Source of the DNA: a virus
IMG/VR virus record: IMGVR_UViG_3300028833_000004
DNA: 64,000 bases
Strand: one strand, 5' to 3'
Position 1 is the first letter of the stretch, and the number at the start of each line of letters is the position of its first letter. Shown here piece after piece: positions 1 through 12,839 of this stretch. The position numbers were made by a program, and so were the translations under genes. Below the pieces are notes generated by a model. The model did no database searches, was not told the origin of the DNA, and saw only the letters and a program-made list of their open reading frames with translations.

Positions 1-1114
1 ATTTAATATCGGACTCAGTGTTTGTATAAGTCTATATATGTTCATTAACATTAACAGTGGCTGTGTCGCCAGGCTTTACTAAAATTGCTACTAATATATC
101 TCCAGAGTTCCTGGGTGTATTATCTGTAAACCAGCCTTGAGGAACTTCAATTGTATAGTGATGATACCAATAATATGTTCCGCTAATATCACTAGTATTA
201 ATCCAATCCTTTTTAGTGACGATTCCGGTCAGTTCATCTAGACCATAAGCCACACAATATTCATTATTCTAGTCAAGGTTGAGGGGAGCTGTTCGATTCA
301 CTGTTTTAGTAATTTCAAATGATTTAGATCCATTCAACATATTCCATACTAAATCATTATCTTCACTAAATATTACCCATTGATAGTTATCATTATCATC
401 ATGAACACAGATGTATGATTTAGACCCATCAATCATTTTGAACATAAATCCATCAGTTGCTGCTGATGCATCATAGGCTGTATAAACACCATCTTTTACA
501 CCTATAAGTCTGGTTTCCATATCGTCTAGGAAGCCAATTGTTTCACCTTTATAAACAAACCCAAGGTCATAATTATTTACATTATTAACAACCGTTCCTG
601 TGCCAGATCCTGAAACTTCAACCCAAATACCATACACCACTTTATAGGTTCCATCAATTGGAACATAGCCATCATCAAAACTAGTTCCATTAAATGTGTG
701 TGTAGTTAATGTTCCATCAACCCATTCTTCACCACTATTCGGAGTTTGTGCCTAAATTGAACTTGGCCGGAGAATATTTCCAGAATGAGCTTTATAATAA
801 TATTTCTTTTGGGAGTCTGCGTTAATAGCTGAAATAACAGAGTATAAAGCTTTCCTCTTCAACATGTATAGCTTATTTGTATCCTTTACAGCGACTACCA
901 TACCTTCATATAAGGGGATACTGACATCAACATAATTTCCAGTGAAACTCTAATCATATGGTTTCTATCCAACGTTATCTATTAAGAAAGTTCCATAGTT
1001 TTCGAATAAATCAGACTCATGATCAACTAAAACTCTATTATCTACAGGAACACCTGAAGTTGGATATATTATATTCGGAGTAGCAATTCCTGGATTTTTA
1101 TTATATTTAAACAT
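1..1114 (-). CDS. virion structural (tail-fibre-like) protein; C-terminus runs off the window; TAG-recoded
   Basis: ATG at 1114. One frame joins track ORFs 269..640 and 32..253 through 5 in-frame TAG, with no TAA/TGA down to position 1. Confidence 0.6.
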
Positions 1115-1125
1115 AATTATAAAAA

Positions 1126-2775
1126 TTAAAAGTTAAATTTTAAAACTCTTGGTCCGTCTTCAAATTTAAATGGGATTGTGTAAATATTATAATCTCCATC
1201 AGATGCTGAACTTATATCAGCACGTAATTGATCTGATGTTATATTTTTGTAAACCCTATTAAAATCATCATAATATTGAATATTACTCAAACCAAAAGAA
1301 ATACTATTATGTAATCTAATTTTTCTATCTGTTCCTGCAGTCATTCCACCAAAACCAACGTTAAACGATTTTAAATTGCCATTGGTGTGTGTTATATTTA
1401 ATGAAATTTCAGACAATGTGTTAGAGGTAACCCCACCATTATTAGTATCACCCTATCCAGGTTTACCGTTGGTTGATACAGGATAGCATCCATATACTGT
1501 AAATGTTTTAGTATCAGAATTGTGCGAATTTCCAACAATTTCAACCTATCCAATCTATGAATTAATACCTATTATAGTTTCGTCGCCATGTGCTTTAGTA
1601 GTGTCATTTTCTGGAAAATATGCAAATTTCAAAGAGTCATCCCCACCAGTATCAGAATCTTGAGAGAGACTCCATTGAAGTGTTCCATTTTTATATACAA
1701 CATAAACTGGTACTGGATTGGGGTCATCTAATTGTATATAACGTCCCGTTAGTGTAAAACTAGCACTATTTATACCAGGTGTTATCTCTAAACCATTATA
1801 ACTCTTGGTATAGGTTGTTGCTGGATCAAAAGTATAACTATTGTATCCACTAATATTCTTTCCGATAATCTTATAATCTGTTATCTGGCTTTGTTTAGAA
1901 ACCTGGATTTTCGATAGTGAATAATTTATAGAATTTGGGTTGATCTGCTCAGTCCCTAAAATATCTTCCCAATGAGGACCACCTACCAAATAATTCAGTT
2001 CATGAACTGAACCACTATCAACACTTGCTGTTTGATTTCCATTAGAATCAGCAACTGTAATTGATATAACTGTTCCAACAGGAACCTAAGCTCCATCATA
2101 AACTGTTGAAGAAACACTCAAATTAACCTATGGATTTGATATGCTAATAGGGGTAATATTAGGAGTGCCTAAAGATGGAACTGGGATTGCTTGATTCATA
2201 TATCGTCTAGTGAAGATATCATAGAAGACTTCATCGACACTCTTACCAGCTGATTTATATACACCACCATCCAACTGATCTTCTGTCCATCCACCTTTAT
2301 CCCACGCTGCTGCTACAGTATTAGTGTTAAGTTTAAAATTAACATCAAAATAAGTGTTTGCAGTACTATGTTTTAGAGTTACCCAGTTATTATTATGATA
2401 AACATAAACTACGGTGAGTGCGTTTAGGTTTCTTAAATGATCGTTTGTAGGATATTCAGAAACAACCTTGGATGAGTTTGTTGTGTCAAAATTTGAAGTT
2501 TCATAATTTTCATGTACAGCATTTAAAACTTCTATATAAATATCCCCCTCCTATAATCCTGGAATATTACTCTTATCTGGATGCTCATCAGACCAATAAA
2601 TATTTGCGCCGCCTGAGCCAAGTGTATACTCCATTCCATTGGCCCAAATTCTCTTATCATTTCCATTTGCATAGAAAATCAAATAACCATGAGAAGTATC
2701 TGTAGTATTTTGCGCTTTTAAGGCCTCATAGTCCTAACTATTATCGGCCTAATAAAATTTTACTTTTTCTGCCAT
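1126..2775 (-). CDS. virion structural/tail-fibre-like protein (549 aa), TAG-recoded
   Basis: ATG at 2775, TAA at 1126-1128, length 1650 nt. 8 in-frame TAG and no TAA/TGA. Joins track ORFs 1126..1416 and 1555..1989. Confidence 0.7.
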
Positions 2776-2779
2776 ATTA

Positions 2780-3421
2780 TTACTTTGTTTTATATTTATT
2801 CCAACTTAAACTATTATCAATATATCTTTTTATACTTCCAGTACTAGCGAAAGTTTTTTGCTCACCTGGCTAACCTTTTGCTCCAACATCCCGTTCAATG
2901 TCTCCGGTCCTGTCTATAACAGGCACATCTGGTAAATCTTCATTCGGGAATGTTAATTGAAGCCAGGTTCCATATTTAATATCTGTTATCTAATTAATAA
3001 GCCTCCGTTCGCCGTACTGACTACCATCAGAATTATATACAACTTTGTAAATCTGGTAATTATCCGATTCATCTAGTTCATATATAAACGAAACAAATCG
3101 GTTATTAAATTCATAGCAGTATTTAATTCTTCCACTTTTTAATTTATTTGTTGGGTAGCCTAACATATCTAAGACTCCATAAGCGCATTTAACTGGATAT
3201 GTTATAATTTCTTCCCCGCCATCTGCAAAAATCAATTTAGCTGATAGGTCTGTAGAAAGTTGAGCAAAAAGTTTAGGATCAGAGTCTTTTACTAGAACGA
3301 CCATTCCAGAGTATCCAGAAAATGCCCCATCAATATAAAAAGTTTGGGGATTTTCTAAATCTTCCACATTAGCAACTACAACTCGGTTATCTAATGGAAA
3401 AGACCCGCTTGGAATCAACAT
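2780..3421 (-). CDS. hypothetical virion protein (213 aa), TAG-recoded
   Basis: Track ORF 2990..3421 ends at TAG. The frame continues through 2 TAG to TAA at 2780-2782. Confidence 0.65.
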
Positions 3422-3458
3422 CTAAGCCTATTTTGACCAAATTGATGAATTATCGGTA

Positions 3459-6400
3459 TTATATATTAACATCTTTTGTAAGTTTATATTTTATTACTTG
3501 TGGAGAAGCACTTCCAGACACCTCAAGTGTAAATATTGATGAGTTCTAATCAACTGAATCATCGGTTTGAAGAGCTGTGGTCCATTCATCTTGAAATTTC
3601 TAAGGTTGACTTAAAAATATAACATACTGTAATGAATAACCCTTGGGGAATTTTAATTGATAATCCTAGGCCGCGTGCCTTACTATAAAAATTACTTCAC
3701 CATTACTATTAACTGGAAAATTGTGTATATACTATGGATCAGTAGTAGCATCAACGTCAAAATCTATATCTTTAATTATCCTATTTTCATTTAATATTGC
3801 CTAATAGTAGGATCCATCGGCATTAATACTATATGGGTTACTAGTATCTTCTTTTGGAGTAAACCATCCAGAAGCTGCAACTGTTACAGACTATGATACT
3901 TTAAGTTTAGTTGATACTGAACAGCCTTTAAGTTGAGTGATTCCCTAAACAGTAATTGGGAACTCAACTCCATTGTCCTCATCTATTAAATCCCAACTAT
4001 CTACAGGATAGGCTATATAACGTTCCTCCCCATTAAATCTATCACTAAAATTAATTTTACCTTCTTTAAGTAATTGTAAATTTTTATCAGTAATTATTGA
4101 ACCATTATATTCCTACCCATAGATACTACATTTACAGGTTATAGTTACATCTTCAGTAAGTTGATATTGTTCTGAATTAGATATCTATTCACCATTAGCA
4201 AAATAAGTATATTCTGGAAGTAAGACCTTTATATCACTACACTATTCCCATCCATTATTAGTAACTTCGGCTTTATCACTATCAATATAATCCCAGTCAT
4301 CCATAGGTTCCCACGTACTAAGATCAGTTAACTTAAAAGTTTCTCCCCCAATTCTATAATTCTTCTAAGTGCCTTCTATCAGATTGATCTTTTGATATAT
4401 TATATCTGTTTGTGGAAAATCTTTATTATTAAATAAATTCTACAAATTCACAATTCCTGAATTCATATTATATTCAGATTCGCAATATACATTTTCTGAA
4501 TAAGATTCATCTGAAAATTCAACGGAAACATTTGGTAATTCTTCAATTGATATATTATAAGTAATTTTAGGAGAATATTGAGAGAATATGCATGTTATAC
4601 TTGTATCCTATCTTAAATTATTAATTGTGTATCCAGTTCTATAGAATATCTCATCAATAAATTCCTATCTCTACCAATCAGACGGGCAATAAAGTAAAGC
4701 CTCCTCAGGTTCCAATGTTGTAATTGCGACAGGATGATATTCTCCCCACTAATTAAGTGTTATTGTATAAGTTCCGCCATAAGGAAGTGAGAAATATTGT
4801 TTATTAAGATCATTATTAATATCCCACTTTAAATCTGGATAATCTGAATCTACAACTTTAATTGCATCTGCTGGTATACCTTTATTGCTTTCTTCTGCAT
4901 CTTTAATTAAGTAAAAAGTTATTTTAATTAACTTCTTATTAAAAATAAGATATATTGTTGGATTCTTATCATATATTGTGACAGAAGCACCATCACGTAT
5001 TAAGCCAGTCTAACTTCCATAATTTTCAAACACCCATCCATCACGTCTTGAAATTTTATAAGATGTTAAATCTATAGGTACTCCATATGGTATATCTGGT
5101 ACAGATATTGAAACTTGATCTGAGCCATATTGTTGATATATAGTTAATGCATATTTTATAGTTTCAAAATATATATTAACAGTAGTGTCTCCAAGCAATT
5201 CCACTGAGTCTAAAACGGATTTATCAGTAGACCTTGGACCATCATTAATCTATACGGAATCGAATCTTAATTTTAAACCACCTGCGTGATCATCCCAAGT
5301 AATGCTACCAATGCCACCCTAAACCATACGTCCATTATAGGTAGCACTAACATCATTATTTGAGTCTTCTTTGTTATCAATATAGCATTTTATAGTAAGT
5401 GTTACGGAGTTTTGGTCAGATTCTACTACAATTGTATGATCTTCTTCAATTTTAAAGGTGTATAAATAAGTAGAGCTATCAACCATAGTATAATTATTTT
5501 CATTTACAGAATCCTAATTATCCACAAAACTAGAAATGCCGTATCCAGAGCGTGGTCTAAAGTAACATTTAACTTCCTCTAAGTACTAATAAGTAGACCC
5601 TAAAGCTAGATCTGTGATTATAAAATCCTCACCAGAAAATGACAGCTCAGTATTTATTCCAGAGAATGTTACCTAATATTCCTCAGGTGTTACAATGGCA
5701 TATACAGTTATATCAGAATTTATATTAGAAATTGTAAAAGAATCATATGTACTTCCTCCATATCCCCACTTTTTAAAATTAAAATGAGGATCTATATTTA
5801 AATTCTATATAAAAGATGAATCTATAGTAATTTCATTCTTTGATATACCTGTAGTATAAGGTTCGCCATAGAGAACCGCGCCTTTATATTTAGATTCATA
5901 ATCTTCACCAACAACTTCTACTGTAAGAGTGTATGTTTTTGGTTTTTCTTCTTGTGGTATTCTTACAACCAACCGCCCATCTTTAGTAATCTCTACTCCA
6001 TAATATTCACCAGAAGCAGATTTGATATAAGATTTATCTGTCTCCCCACAAACTTTTGCAAGCCCAAGATTATTAGAATTGGCTTTTGGAACTGTAACAC
6101 TATCTACGGTACTACTTTTATTGGATTGCAGATTTATTTTAAATCCATCATTTAAAGACTCTTCTGATAAATCATATGTTGGGGCTTCTTTCTACTCGGG
6201 AATTGTTATAAATGCACCTTTTCGAATACCGCCCAGAGATAAGTAATACTATCTAGTATCTTTTTTTTGTTCTATGGTATAATCCTAATCCGAACCTGAA
6301 TTACCTATATAAAATGATTTTGAATATTTGTCTTTAGTAATGGTTAATCTTTTAAGTGTACTTCCATCCTCTAAAGATTCGGCATCAACATCTAAAGGCC

Positions 6401-7097
6401 AAGCAATTGCATCTACTACTGTATCACCTCTTTTAAGAACTATCCCATTTTTAATACCAACACTCTTATCAAGGTCTGCTGTATAATTACCGTCCGCATC
6501 AACTGAAAAAGGTTGCTCTTTTAAATGATACTCTGGTATATAAAACTCCCCAACATTAACTTCATCTTTGAGTAATGTTACATGGGTGTTATTTTCATCT
6601 GATGTTACGTCTAAAGTGTAATTTGGAATATTCTATACCTCAGGTAATGGGATTTCAACTTGGTGGGCAAAATCATCGGTTGTAAAAATAGTTAAGATTC
6701 CCTGGTCAAATTCCAGACGTTTGATCTTAGTATCTTTAAAAAATGCCTCACCAGCTGGGGACTCGTTTCCATCTAAATCTCTTCTGACTAATCTAACCCC
6801 ATTATCACCGGATTTTATAGCTGGTTCTAATTTATACTAACTGCTATTTATAACGAGGGTTGTTTCTCCAGTAGCTGCGCATATTACTTTTCTAAGTGCT
6901 TCAATAAGGACCCTGAAATCTTCTTTCTAATAATATTTAGGATCAGAATCGAATCTAATAAGAAGTTCTTCAAGTAATTCGCCCAACTCCTATTGTGAAG
7001 GATTGATAAGATGCTCATTTCTCGGTTCACATATGTCTAATCCCCTAACAACCGAGCAATCATTTATAGCAACCGATTTGTCTATATTAGTATTCAT
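3459..7097 (-). CDS. giant tail-fibre/receptor-binding-like virion protein (1212 aa), TAG-recoded
   Basis: ATG at 7097, TAA at 3459-3461, 3639 nt. About 30 in-frame TAG and zero TAA/TGA. In frame with track ORF 5010..5204. Frame spot-checked at 3 places. Confidence 0.75.
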
Positions 7098-7107
7098 TTT
7101 AAAAATC

Positions 7108-7773
7108 TTAAACGTTTTTATAATCAAGTATTGTTGAAATCTTTTGAGTCTTTCTAATCAACTCCTTAAGTATCTTTCGCTCAGGAAGATCAACCGACCC
7201 CTTAAAAGCAAGCATTAAAAATCCGATCTAATCATTAACCCCTTCCAGACTACAAAAAACAACCTAAGTCATTCCATCTCCAGCCAATTCTCTATATAAT
7301 CCCGGGAAAGTTGTCTATAATTCAGATATATCTTTTATTATATATATGACTTGTTTATCCAACTCATTTATAAAATCTGGAATAGATGAAACCATAATAT
7401 TATCCAAATCCTTACTAAGTTCATCAACTCCTAATTTATTTCTCTATATAACCAGTGAAATATGTAAGAATGGGAGTCCAGTTAAATTATAACCTCCATT
7501 ATGATATTCAAAGATGGCTATACGATCCCCATCGAATTTATTCATAATCTCAGTAAGAAGTCTATTTATTTTAAATATTGAATCTTTTCTAAGTTTGCGA
7601 GCTCCTCGCTTATGTGTCTCAAACTTACCATCTAAAAGAGTTTGAGTTAGAGATTCTACTAGTTTATCTCCAAATTTAAATAATAATAATAAAAAAATAA
7701 TTAGAATAGCCCCAGCTATTCCAAATTGTTCTAAAGCCTAAATAATAAAACCACCTATCTAACTTATATCCAT
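7108..7773 (-). CDS. hypothetical protein with N-terminal transmembrane segment (221 aa), TAG-recoded
   Basis: ATG at 7773, TAA at 7108-7110, 6 in-frame TAG. Hydrophobic stretch GIAGAILIIFLLLF near the N-terminus. Confidence 0.6.
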
Positions 7774-7827
7774 ATCTAAAAATTAATAGTTAAATTACTA
7801 AACCATTAATCCATATTAATCATGGTA

Positions 7828-7835
7828 CAAATATA
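7828..7835 (-). promoter_or_regulatory. Bacteroidota-type -7 box (TAtaTTTG)
   Basis: Reverse complement reads TATATTTG, matching TAnnTTTG, about 55 nt upstream of ATG 7773. No clean -33 TTTG at canonical spacing. Confidence 0.3.
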
Positions 7836-7850
7836 ATAGATTTTCGATAT

Positions 7851-7895
7851 ATAAAAAACAAACAGACGAAATTCAGTAATTCTGAATATCATCTG
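7851..7895 (-). terminator. rho-independent terminator
   Basis: 14-bp imperfect stem 7863-7876/7882-7895, followed on the minus strand by a T-rich run. Lies 20 nt after the stop at 7915. Confidence 0.55.
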
Positions 7896-7914
7896 CTTGC
7901 CATTGTTTAAACCA

Positions 7915-8061
7915 TTAAATTTCAACCGAAAGTAAGTTAATTTCATCAATTAAGTCGAGTATGTTCGTGTTAATTAATGTTTGATTAGATTTAAGTTGAT
8001 TTATTACACACTCAAAATTGTTTTTTATTAACTCTAATTTTCCAATAATATTGTCAGACAT
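7915..8061 (-). CDS. small hypothetical protein (48 aa)
   Basis: ATG at 8061 overlaps the TGA of the upstream gene (ATGTCTGA). TAA at 7915-7917. Confidence 0.4.
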   Translation of the reverse strand: MSDNIIGKLELIKNNFECVINQLKSNQTLINTNILDLIDEINLLSVEI

Positions 8062-8536
8062 TTCCAGTAATTTTTAGAATAATTTGTTCACCTCTATTTT
8101 TTGCCGGTATTAAGTAATTATCCATTAAATCATAAAATGTTTTAACACTTTCCAAAACCTTTCCAACTGCTGTATTTTTCCCAACTATAATACAACCTAA
8201 AGAATCCGATGCAGAATTTCCAGTATGTATTAAAACACCTTCAAAACCAGGAACTCCTAAAAGTCTTGGGATTTTAGAATCATATTTCTTTGCCCATTTA
8301 TATTTAAATGGATTACTATACTTTTTACTAACAGTGTTCATATCTAATACATAAGTTCCATATGGAATAGCTGTCTCTCCATAAACCTTTCTCTTTTTTA
8401 CTTCCTATAAAGGCATAGACTAGACCAATCCTCTATCTGTATCTTCAACCGTATCACAAACGTATTTTCCATTAATAAATAATTTACCAATAGTATAGGT
8501 CGGTTTCTTAAACAGTCTTTTTAACTCCGCTATCAT
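8054..8536 (-). CDS. DUF5675-like protein (160 aa), TAG-recoded
   Basis: ATG at 8536, TGA at 8054, 2 in-frame TAG. Motifs GKLFINGKYVCDTVED, GETAIPYGTY and VPGFEGVLIHTGNSASDSLGCIIVG recalled as typical of this family. Confidence 0.6.
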
Positions 8537-8807
8537 CTTTTTTAGTTTTTCTTCCAACTTTTTTTAAAGGCTTTGGGGAAAGTTGTTTAGCTGCTGCAAT
8601 AACCTCTTCTAGGCTAGTATAAACATATGGAGATGCCTGTGTAGTATCATGCAATACAACGACCCCATTTTTTACTGTGTATACTTTATTTAATGTCTCC
8701 TTAAAAAATCTAATTGGAGATTCTTTAATATTATCCGAAACTGCGGATCTAAAAGTTGGACTTTCCCAACATTTTCTAACAATAAAATCAATAAATTTCT
8801 TTTTCAT
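8508..8807 (-). CDS. hypothetical protein (99 aa)
   Basis: Intact track ORF with ATG start, TAA stop and no TAG. Confidence 0.6.
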   Translation of the reverse strand: MKKKFIDFIVRKCWESPTFRSAVSDNIKESPIRFFKETLNKVYTVKNGVVVLHDTTQASPYVYTSLEEVIAAAKQLSPKPLKKVGRKTKKDDSGVKKTV

Positions 8808-9097
8808 TTTTCCTTATTTACATTATAAAATTTTTTTAATTTTTCTAAATCTTCTTGATTATATGCACATAATACAGTATTAACATTAAGCCTATATGTG
8901 TGTGTATATGGCATCTAATCATAATAATTTGGTTTCTCCTTAATAGGAATTCCTAAGTATTTATTTAATTCCAAATCCAAATTACTTATATCCTCAACTT
9001 CTTTAATTATTTTTGCATCAGGATATTTATTTTTAAGATTTTTAATATTTGGATAAGCTCTAACACAGCCATTTAATTCATATAAACATCCAACCAT
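8804..9097 (-). CDS. hypothetical protein (97 aa), TAG-recoded
   Basis: Track ORF 8915..9097 ends at TAG. The frame continues to a TGA overlapping ATG 8807. Confidence 0.55.
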
Positions 9098-9116
9098 CTG
9101 ATAATCAATTAATTAG

Positions 9117-9189
9117 TTGCCCTGAATGGATTCGAACCATTTCCCCAGCTTTTAGAGAGCCATCAACTAACCATTATTATGACAGGGCA
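9117..9189 (-). tRNA. suppressor tRNA, anticodon CUA (reads UAG)
   Basis: 73 nt. Acceptor TGCCCTG/CAGGGCA. Anticodon stem TGGCT/AGCTG with loop CT-CTA-AA. T-arm AATGG-TTCGAAT-CCATT. GG in D-loop. D-stem weak. Confidence 0.75.
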
Positions 9190-9212
9190 ATAAACCGCCT
9201 AAGCGGTTTATA

Positions 9213-9800
9213 TTAAAATTTAGCTTTCAAGATATTATCATGAAGTTCAAACTCAACATTGTGCATTTTAAGCAGTTCTAGTATAACTGCTGAGAGAAGC
9301 TCAGAATCAGAGATTTCTACTGGTTTATTGAGTTCCAACTCCTTTAAAACATCTTCCACTGAACGCCCCTCCTTAGGAGATTCCTTCTGAGGACAGTATT
9401 CTTTTGGGCATTCTTTAACCTCTTCAGTATCTAGAGCATCAAGAAATGCGTATATAAGTTTCTCAATATCTTTTGCTTCCTTATCTACCTTATTAGGATA
9501 TTCTTCCGTCTGGTGTTCTGTACAAGTAATTTCTTTAAGAGTTTTTGTTAAAAACTCCTTTGCCGGTTCGACATCATTCCAAATAGGATCAACCTTATCA
9601 TCTAAAAAATAACAGGTTAATAACTGCACTGCAGCTTTAAAGTTTTCCAAATCTTTCTCAGTTTTTCCGATAGCTTGTAAGAAGGCCCCAACACCATGAT
9701 TGAAAATAAATTCCTTCTCCTCATCTGAGAACTCGCACATTAGTTCATTTTCAAGAGTTTCAATTTGATTTAATTTAGCAACTGCTTCACAAAATTCCAT
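9213..9800 (-). CDS. acidic hypothetical protein (195 aa)
   Basis: Intact track ORF with no TAG. A hairpin AACCGC-ctaa-GCGGTT at 9193-9208 follows the stop. Confidence 0.65.
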   Translation of the reverse strand: MEFCEAVAKLNQIETLENELMCEFSDEEKEFIFNHGVGAFLQAIGKTEKDLENFKAAVQLLTCYFLDDKVDPIWNDVEPAKEFLTKTLKEITCTEHQTEEYPNKVDKEAKDIEKLIYAFLDALDTEEVKECPKEYCPQKESPKEGRSVEDVLKELELNKPVEISDSELLSAVILELLKMHNVEFELHDNILKAKF

Positions 9801-10012
9801 AAATTTTTAAAATTTTTAATTATTGATTCTTTTAAAACATTAACATTTAACACTAACCACATCCATATGGCAATTATACATTTTTTCATATCACTTCATC
9901 TTTTGTAATACAAAGTTACTACTTTTTTTATAAAATAAATTATCTTTTTTAAAATTTTTCCACTAAAATATATAACAACAGGAGAGAATTATATAATCCC
10001 CTCCTGTAACAA

Positions 10013-10474
10013 TTAATCTTTAAATTTCATCTTCATCTTACTGTAGTTATTAAAATTAATAATAAGATTAGCCCTACAATGTTCGCACATAAACTATTTA
10101 GCAACTGAAAACATTTCTTTGCCTATCTCTCCCTATAAATATTGAAAATCTTCACTATACGGATCAATTTTATAATACTCTGCAATATGTATTGCAGCAT
10201 GTCCTTTTTCATGATCATAAGTATTGACAAACTCCTAGGTAGAATCTGTTAATCCAATCACTATAAATGTAACATGCTTTTCTGCATCTGTATAAGTAAA
10301 TCCAGTATTTAACTCGTAATTTCTAAGCATACTCTCTACCCGATTAAATGTTTTTTCCGGGCAATCGATACTACTTAATTCATCTAATATCTCATCTGTA
10401 TAATAAGTAGTTACAGCATAGAAAATTTTAATAAGCCAATCATATTCTTCTAAATATATAACCTAAACTATCAT
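10013..10474 (-). CDS. hypothetical protein with HExxH motif (153 aa), TAG-recoded
   Basis: ATG at 10474 overlaps the upstream TGA. TAA at 10013. 4 in-frame TAG. Contains the sequence YDHEKGHAAIHI. Confidence 0.6.
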
Positions 10475-10878
10475 AACATATCTGACCATATTATTGGAGT
10501 TCCAGACGCTATACAATCAGCATAATACCTTGTAAAAGGCATCCCATCAGGAGCATCTGGATCATCACAATAATCTTTTATAAATTTTGCTAAATGGACA
10601 TCATCAGAGATAGATGATCCAAGAAAATCTGCTTTAGCCATATTTGCTACATAGATATAATCATAACCCTGTGAATTAGTTAACTTTATATTATACCTCT
10701 CCAGAAGCTAATCTACATCTTCTTTTGTATATGGCTTAATAAATTCCTTCCTACCATTTATATCTTTATACATTTTGGAGCAGGCCCATTCGCACATCTT
10801 TTTACTAAAATGCCACCCATAGAATTCCAGATACTGCTCCATATCCTATGGGAAGGCATTTCTTATATCTAACCTCAT
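10471..10878 (-). CDS. hypothetical protein (135 aa), TAG-recoded
   Basis: ATG at 10878 overlaps the upstream TGA. TGA at 10471. 2 in-frame TAG. Confidence 0.6.
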
Positions 10879-11054
10879 AATCTACTACCCATTCTACGAG
10901 ACATTCGACTACGCTCTCCATAATCAAATTCTTTCATAGCATCTTCATAGCCGTCTTCATAACCACACTCATAGGCCTCAGAATCTTGTTTATAATTCAT
11001 TCTACGGCCATAACGCTGTCCATCAAGCTCTCTAAATTCCCATATTTTATTCAT
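10875..11054 (-). CDS. small hypothetical protein (59 aa)
   Basis: ATG at 11054, TGA at 10875. Translationally coupled on both sides. Confidence 0.5.
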   Translation of the reverse strand: MNKIWEFRELDGQRYGRRMNYKQDSEAYECGYEDGYEDAMKEFDYGERSRMSRRMGSRL

Positions 11055-11586
11055 TATTTTGTCCCTTTCTATTTAATTGTTCCATCAACTATCGATTCAT
11101 TTCCATTAGATCTGATACATTTTTAGTAACATTAGAAAGCTAAGACTTCAATTCATCCATTTCAAGTTGATGTTGCTGTTTATCTGCATACTCAGGATTT
11201 AGGTTCTTAAGAACATTATCACACCCCGCAATAATATTCTTATGCATATCAACGCTATTTATTGCATCTATACTTATCTATTTATAAGCATAAACTTCAG
11301 CGTTCATTGCATCTCTATTATCAGATATTACAACATTTTCACCATTGCAGAATGTGTCCGCAGTGTCCAGGTTTACTGGGATGCTGTTAAAATTTAATAT
11401 CCGATCATTTACTTTGACAACTAAATCAATTACCATTTCCTAAGGCTGCAGATATGGAGGCATCTACTAATTATATGGTTTTGGTTTAGCTATAGGTGCA
11501 TTTGTAACTATACCACGTTCTAATGTTGGGTTTGCACCCTTTTTAAATATATAAATCTAACTATTTTGTCTAAGTGATTGAAACAT
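11047..11586 (-). CDS. hypothetical protein (179 aa), TAG-recoded
   Basis: ATG at 11586, TAA at 11047, 7 in-frame TAG. Confidence 0.6.
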
Positions 11587-11597
11587 AATTAATAAAT

Positions 11598-11933
11598 TTA
11601 AACTGTTCCTGTTAATACTTGAAGTATATTATTTAAACGGTTATAATATAATAGATATATTCCGCTACCTGCCACATCGGCAACCGTCCAATTAGATCCA
11701 CCATAAGTTGTAACATTCTATTCATATCCATTCATAGAAAATACAATTGGTAAGGTAGTTGTGGTGCCCTCAGGTATAGTTTCATTTAAACGAACTAAAA
11801 TCAATCCTCTATATGGAACATTTGGATTAAACGAAGTTCTTAAATTAACTACAACTGAAGAAGCACCAACACTTATACCTGTGGAGTCTAATGTAGCGAT
11901 ACCATTCCTATTTACAGAATTATCAAACCACAT
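11598..11933 (-). CDS. small beta-rich virion protein (111 aa), TAG-recoded
   Basis: Track ORF 11718..11933 ends at TAG. The frame continues to TAA at 11598. AAAGGAG lies 7 nt upstream of the ATG. Confidence 0.6.
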
Positions 11934-11948
11934 AATCCCACTCCTTTC

Positions 11949-12809
11949 TTAATACCAATAACCGTTGCCGAAGTATGGATTATATCCATTCCCATAAACT
12001 GAAGATGCGGGCATAGCCACAAGGTTTGGATATTGTACCGTTACTGTAGCGGGCTGAGCTGCTTTAATAGAATTAACCTCTGAAGCAATTGGATTAACCA
12101 AATTAGATACAAACGCTTCAATCTGTGCAGTTTGACTTGCATTATCTATCTAACTACGAAGAGATGTGTTTGCAGCTGTAAGAGCATCAATCTTATTCTA
12201 CAACTCACGTTCCTTCAAATCACAGAACTCTTTGGTAATTAAGGTAGTCTATGCGGCTATTGCATCAGTAATACTTCTGGTGTTTCTATCTGCCTGTGAG
12301 CCCAATTGATTGGTTTGTTCTATTGTAGCTATTCTAGACTCATAACCCTATTGAGTAGTTAAAAGTCTATTTTCGCAGCAACATTCACACAACTGACGCT
12401 CCAGTGAAGCATTACCAGACTGTATTGAATTAATTACCTATAAACCACTCATACCAACCTAAGAACCAACAGTAGCTAAGCCTGTACTCAAAGTACTCAA
12501 AGCCGATTGGATTGAGTTAATATCAGTATGTAAAGTAGATGAAAGGGTTGATATGGCTTTATCATTTCCATTAATACCCTAAATTATCAAATCTCTAGTG
12601 GCATCTCCATTAGCCCAAGTAGCAGCACCATTACCGCCACCAAAACCTCCGAAGCCATTACCTCCCCAGAGTCCACCAAATAAAATACCTGCAAGGAAAC
12701 CAAGTATACCGCCTCCCCAGCCATTACCACCAAATCCATTATTTGCAAATGCATACGGTAACATAGAGTTGGCGTCTTGTCCAAATACATAAGTTTTTTC
12801 TTCTGCCAT
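11949..12809 (-). CDS. Gly-rich membrane-like N-terminus plus coiled-coil protein (286 aa), TAG-recoded
   Basis: Track ORF 12579..12809 is extended through 7 TAG to TAA at 11949. The N-terminus reads GFGGNGWGGGILGFLAGILFGGLWGGNGFGG. Confidence 0.65.
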
Positions 12810-12839
12810 TGTAATAAAATAAAAAAAAGTTAAACATAT

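Noticed and set aside
12587-12792. Alternative-frame ORFs (12587..12790 minus, 12598..12792 plus) across the Gly-rich coding region.
   Set aside because: They are shadow ORFs of the GGN-rich segment of gene 11949..12809.
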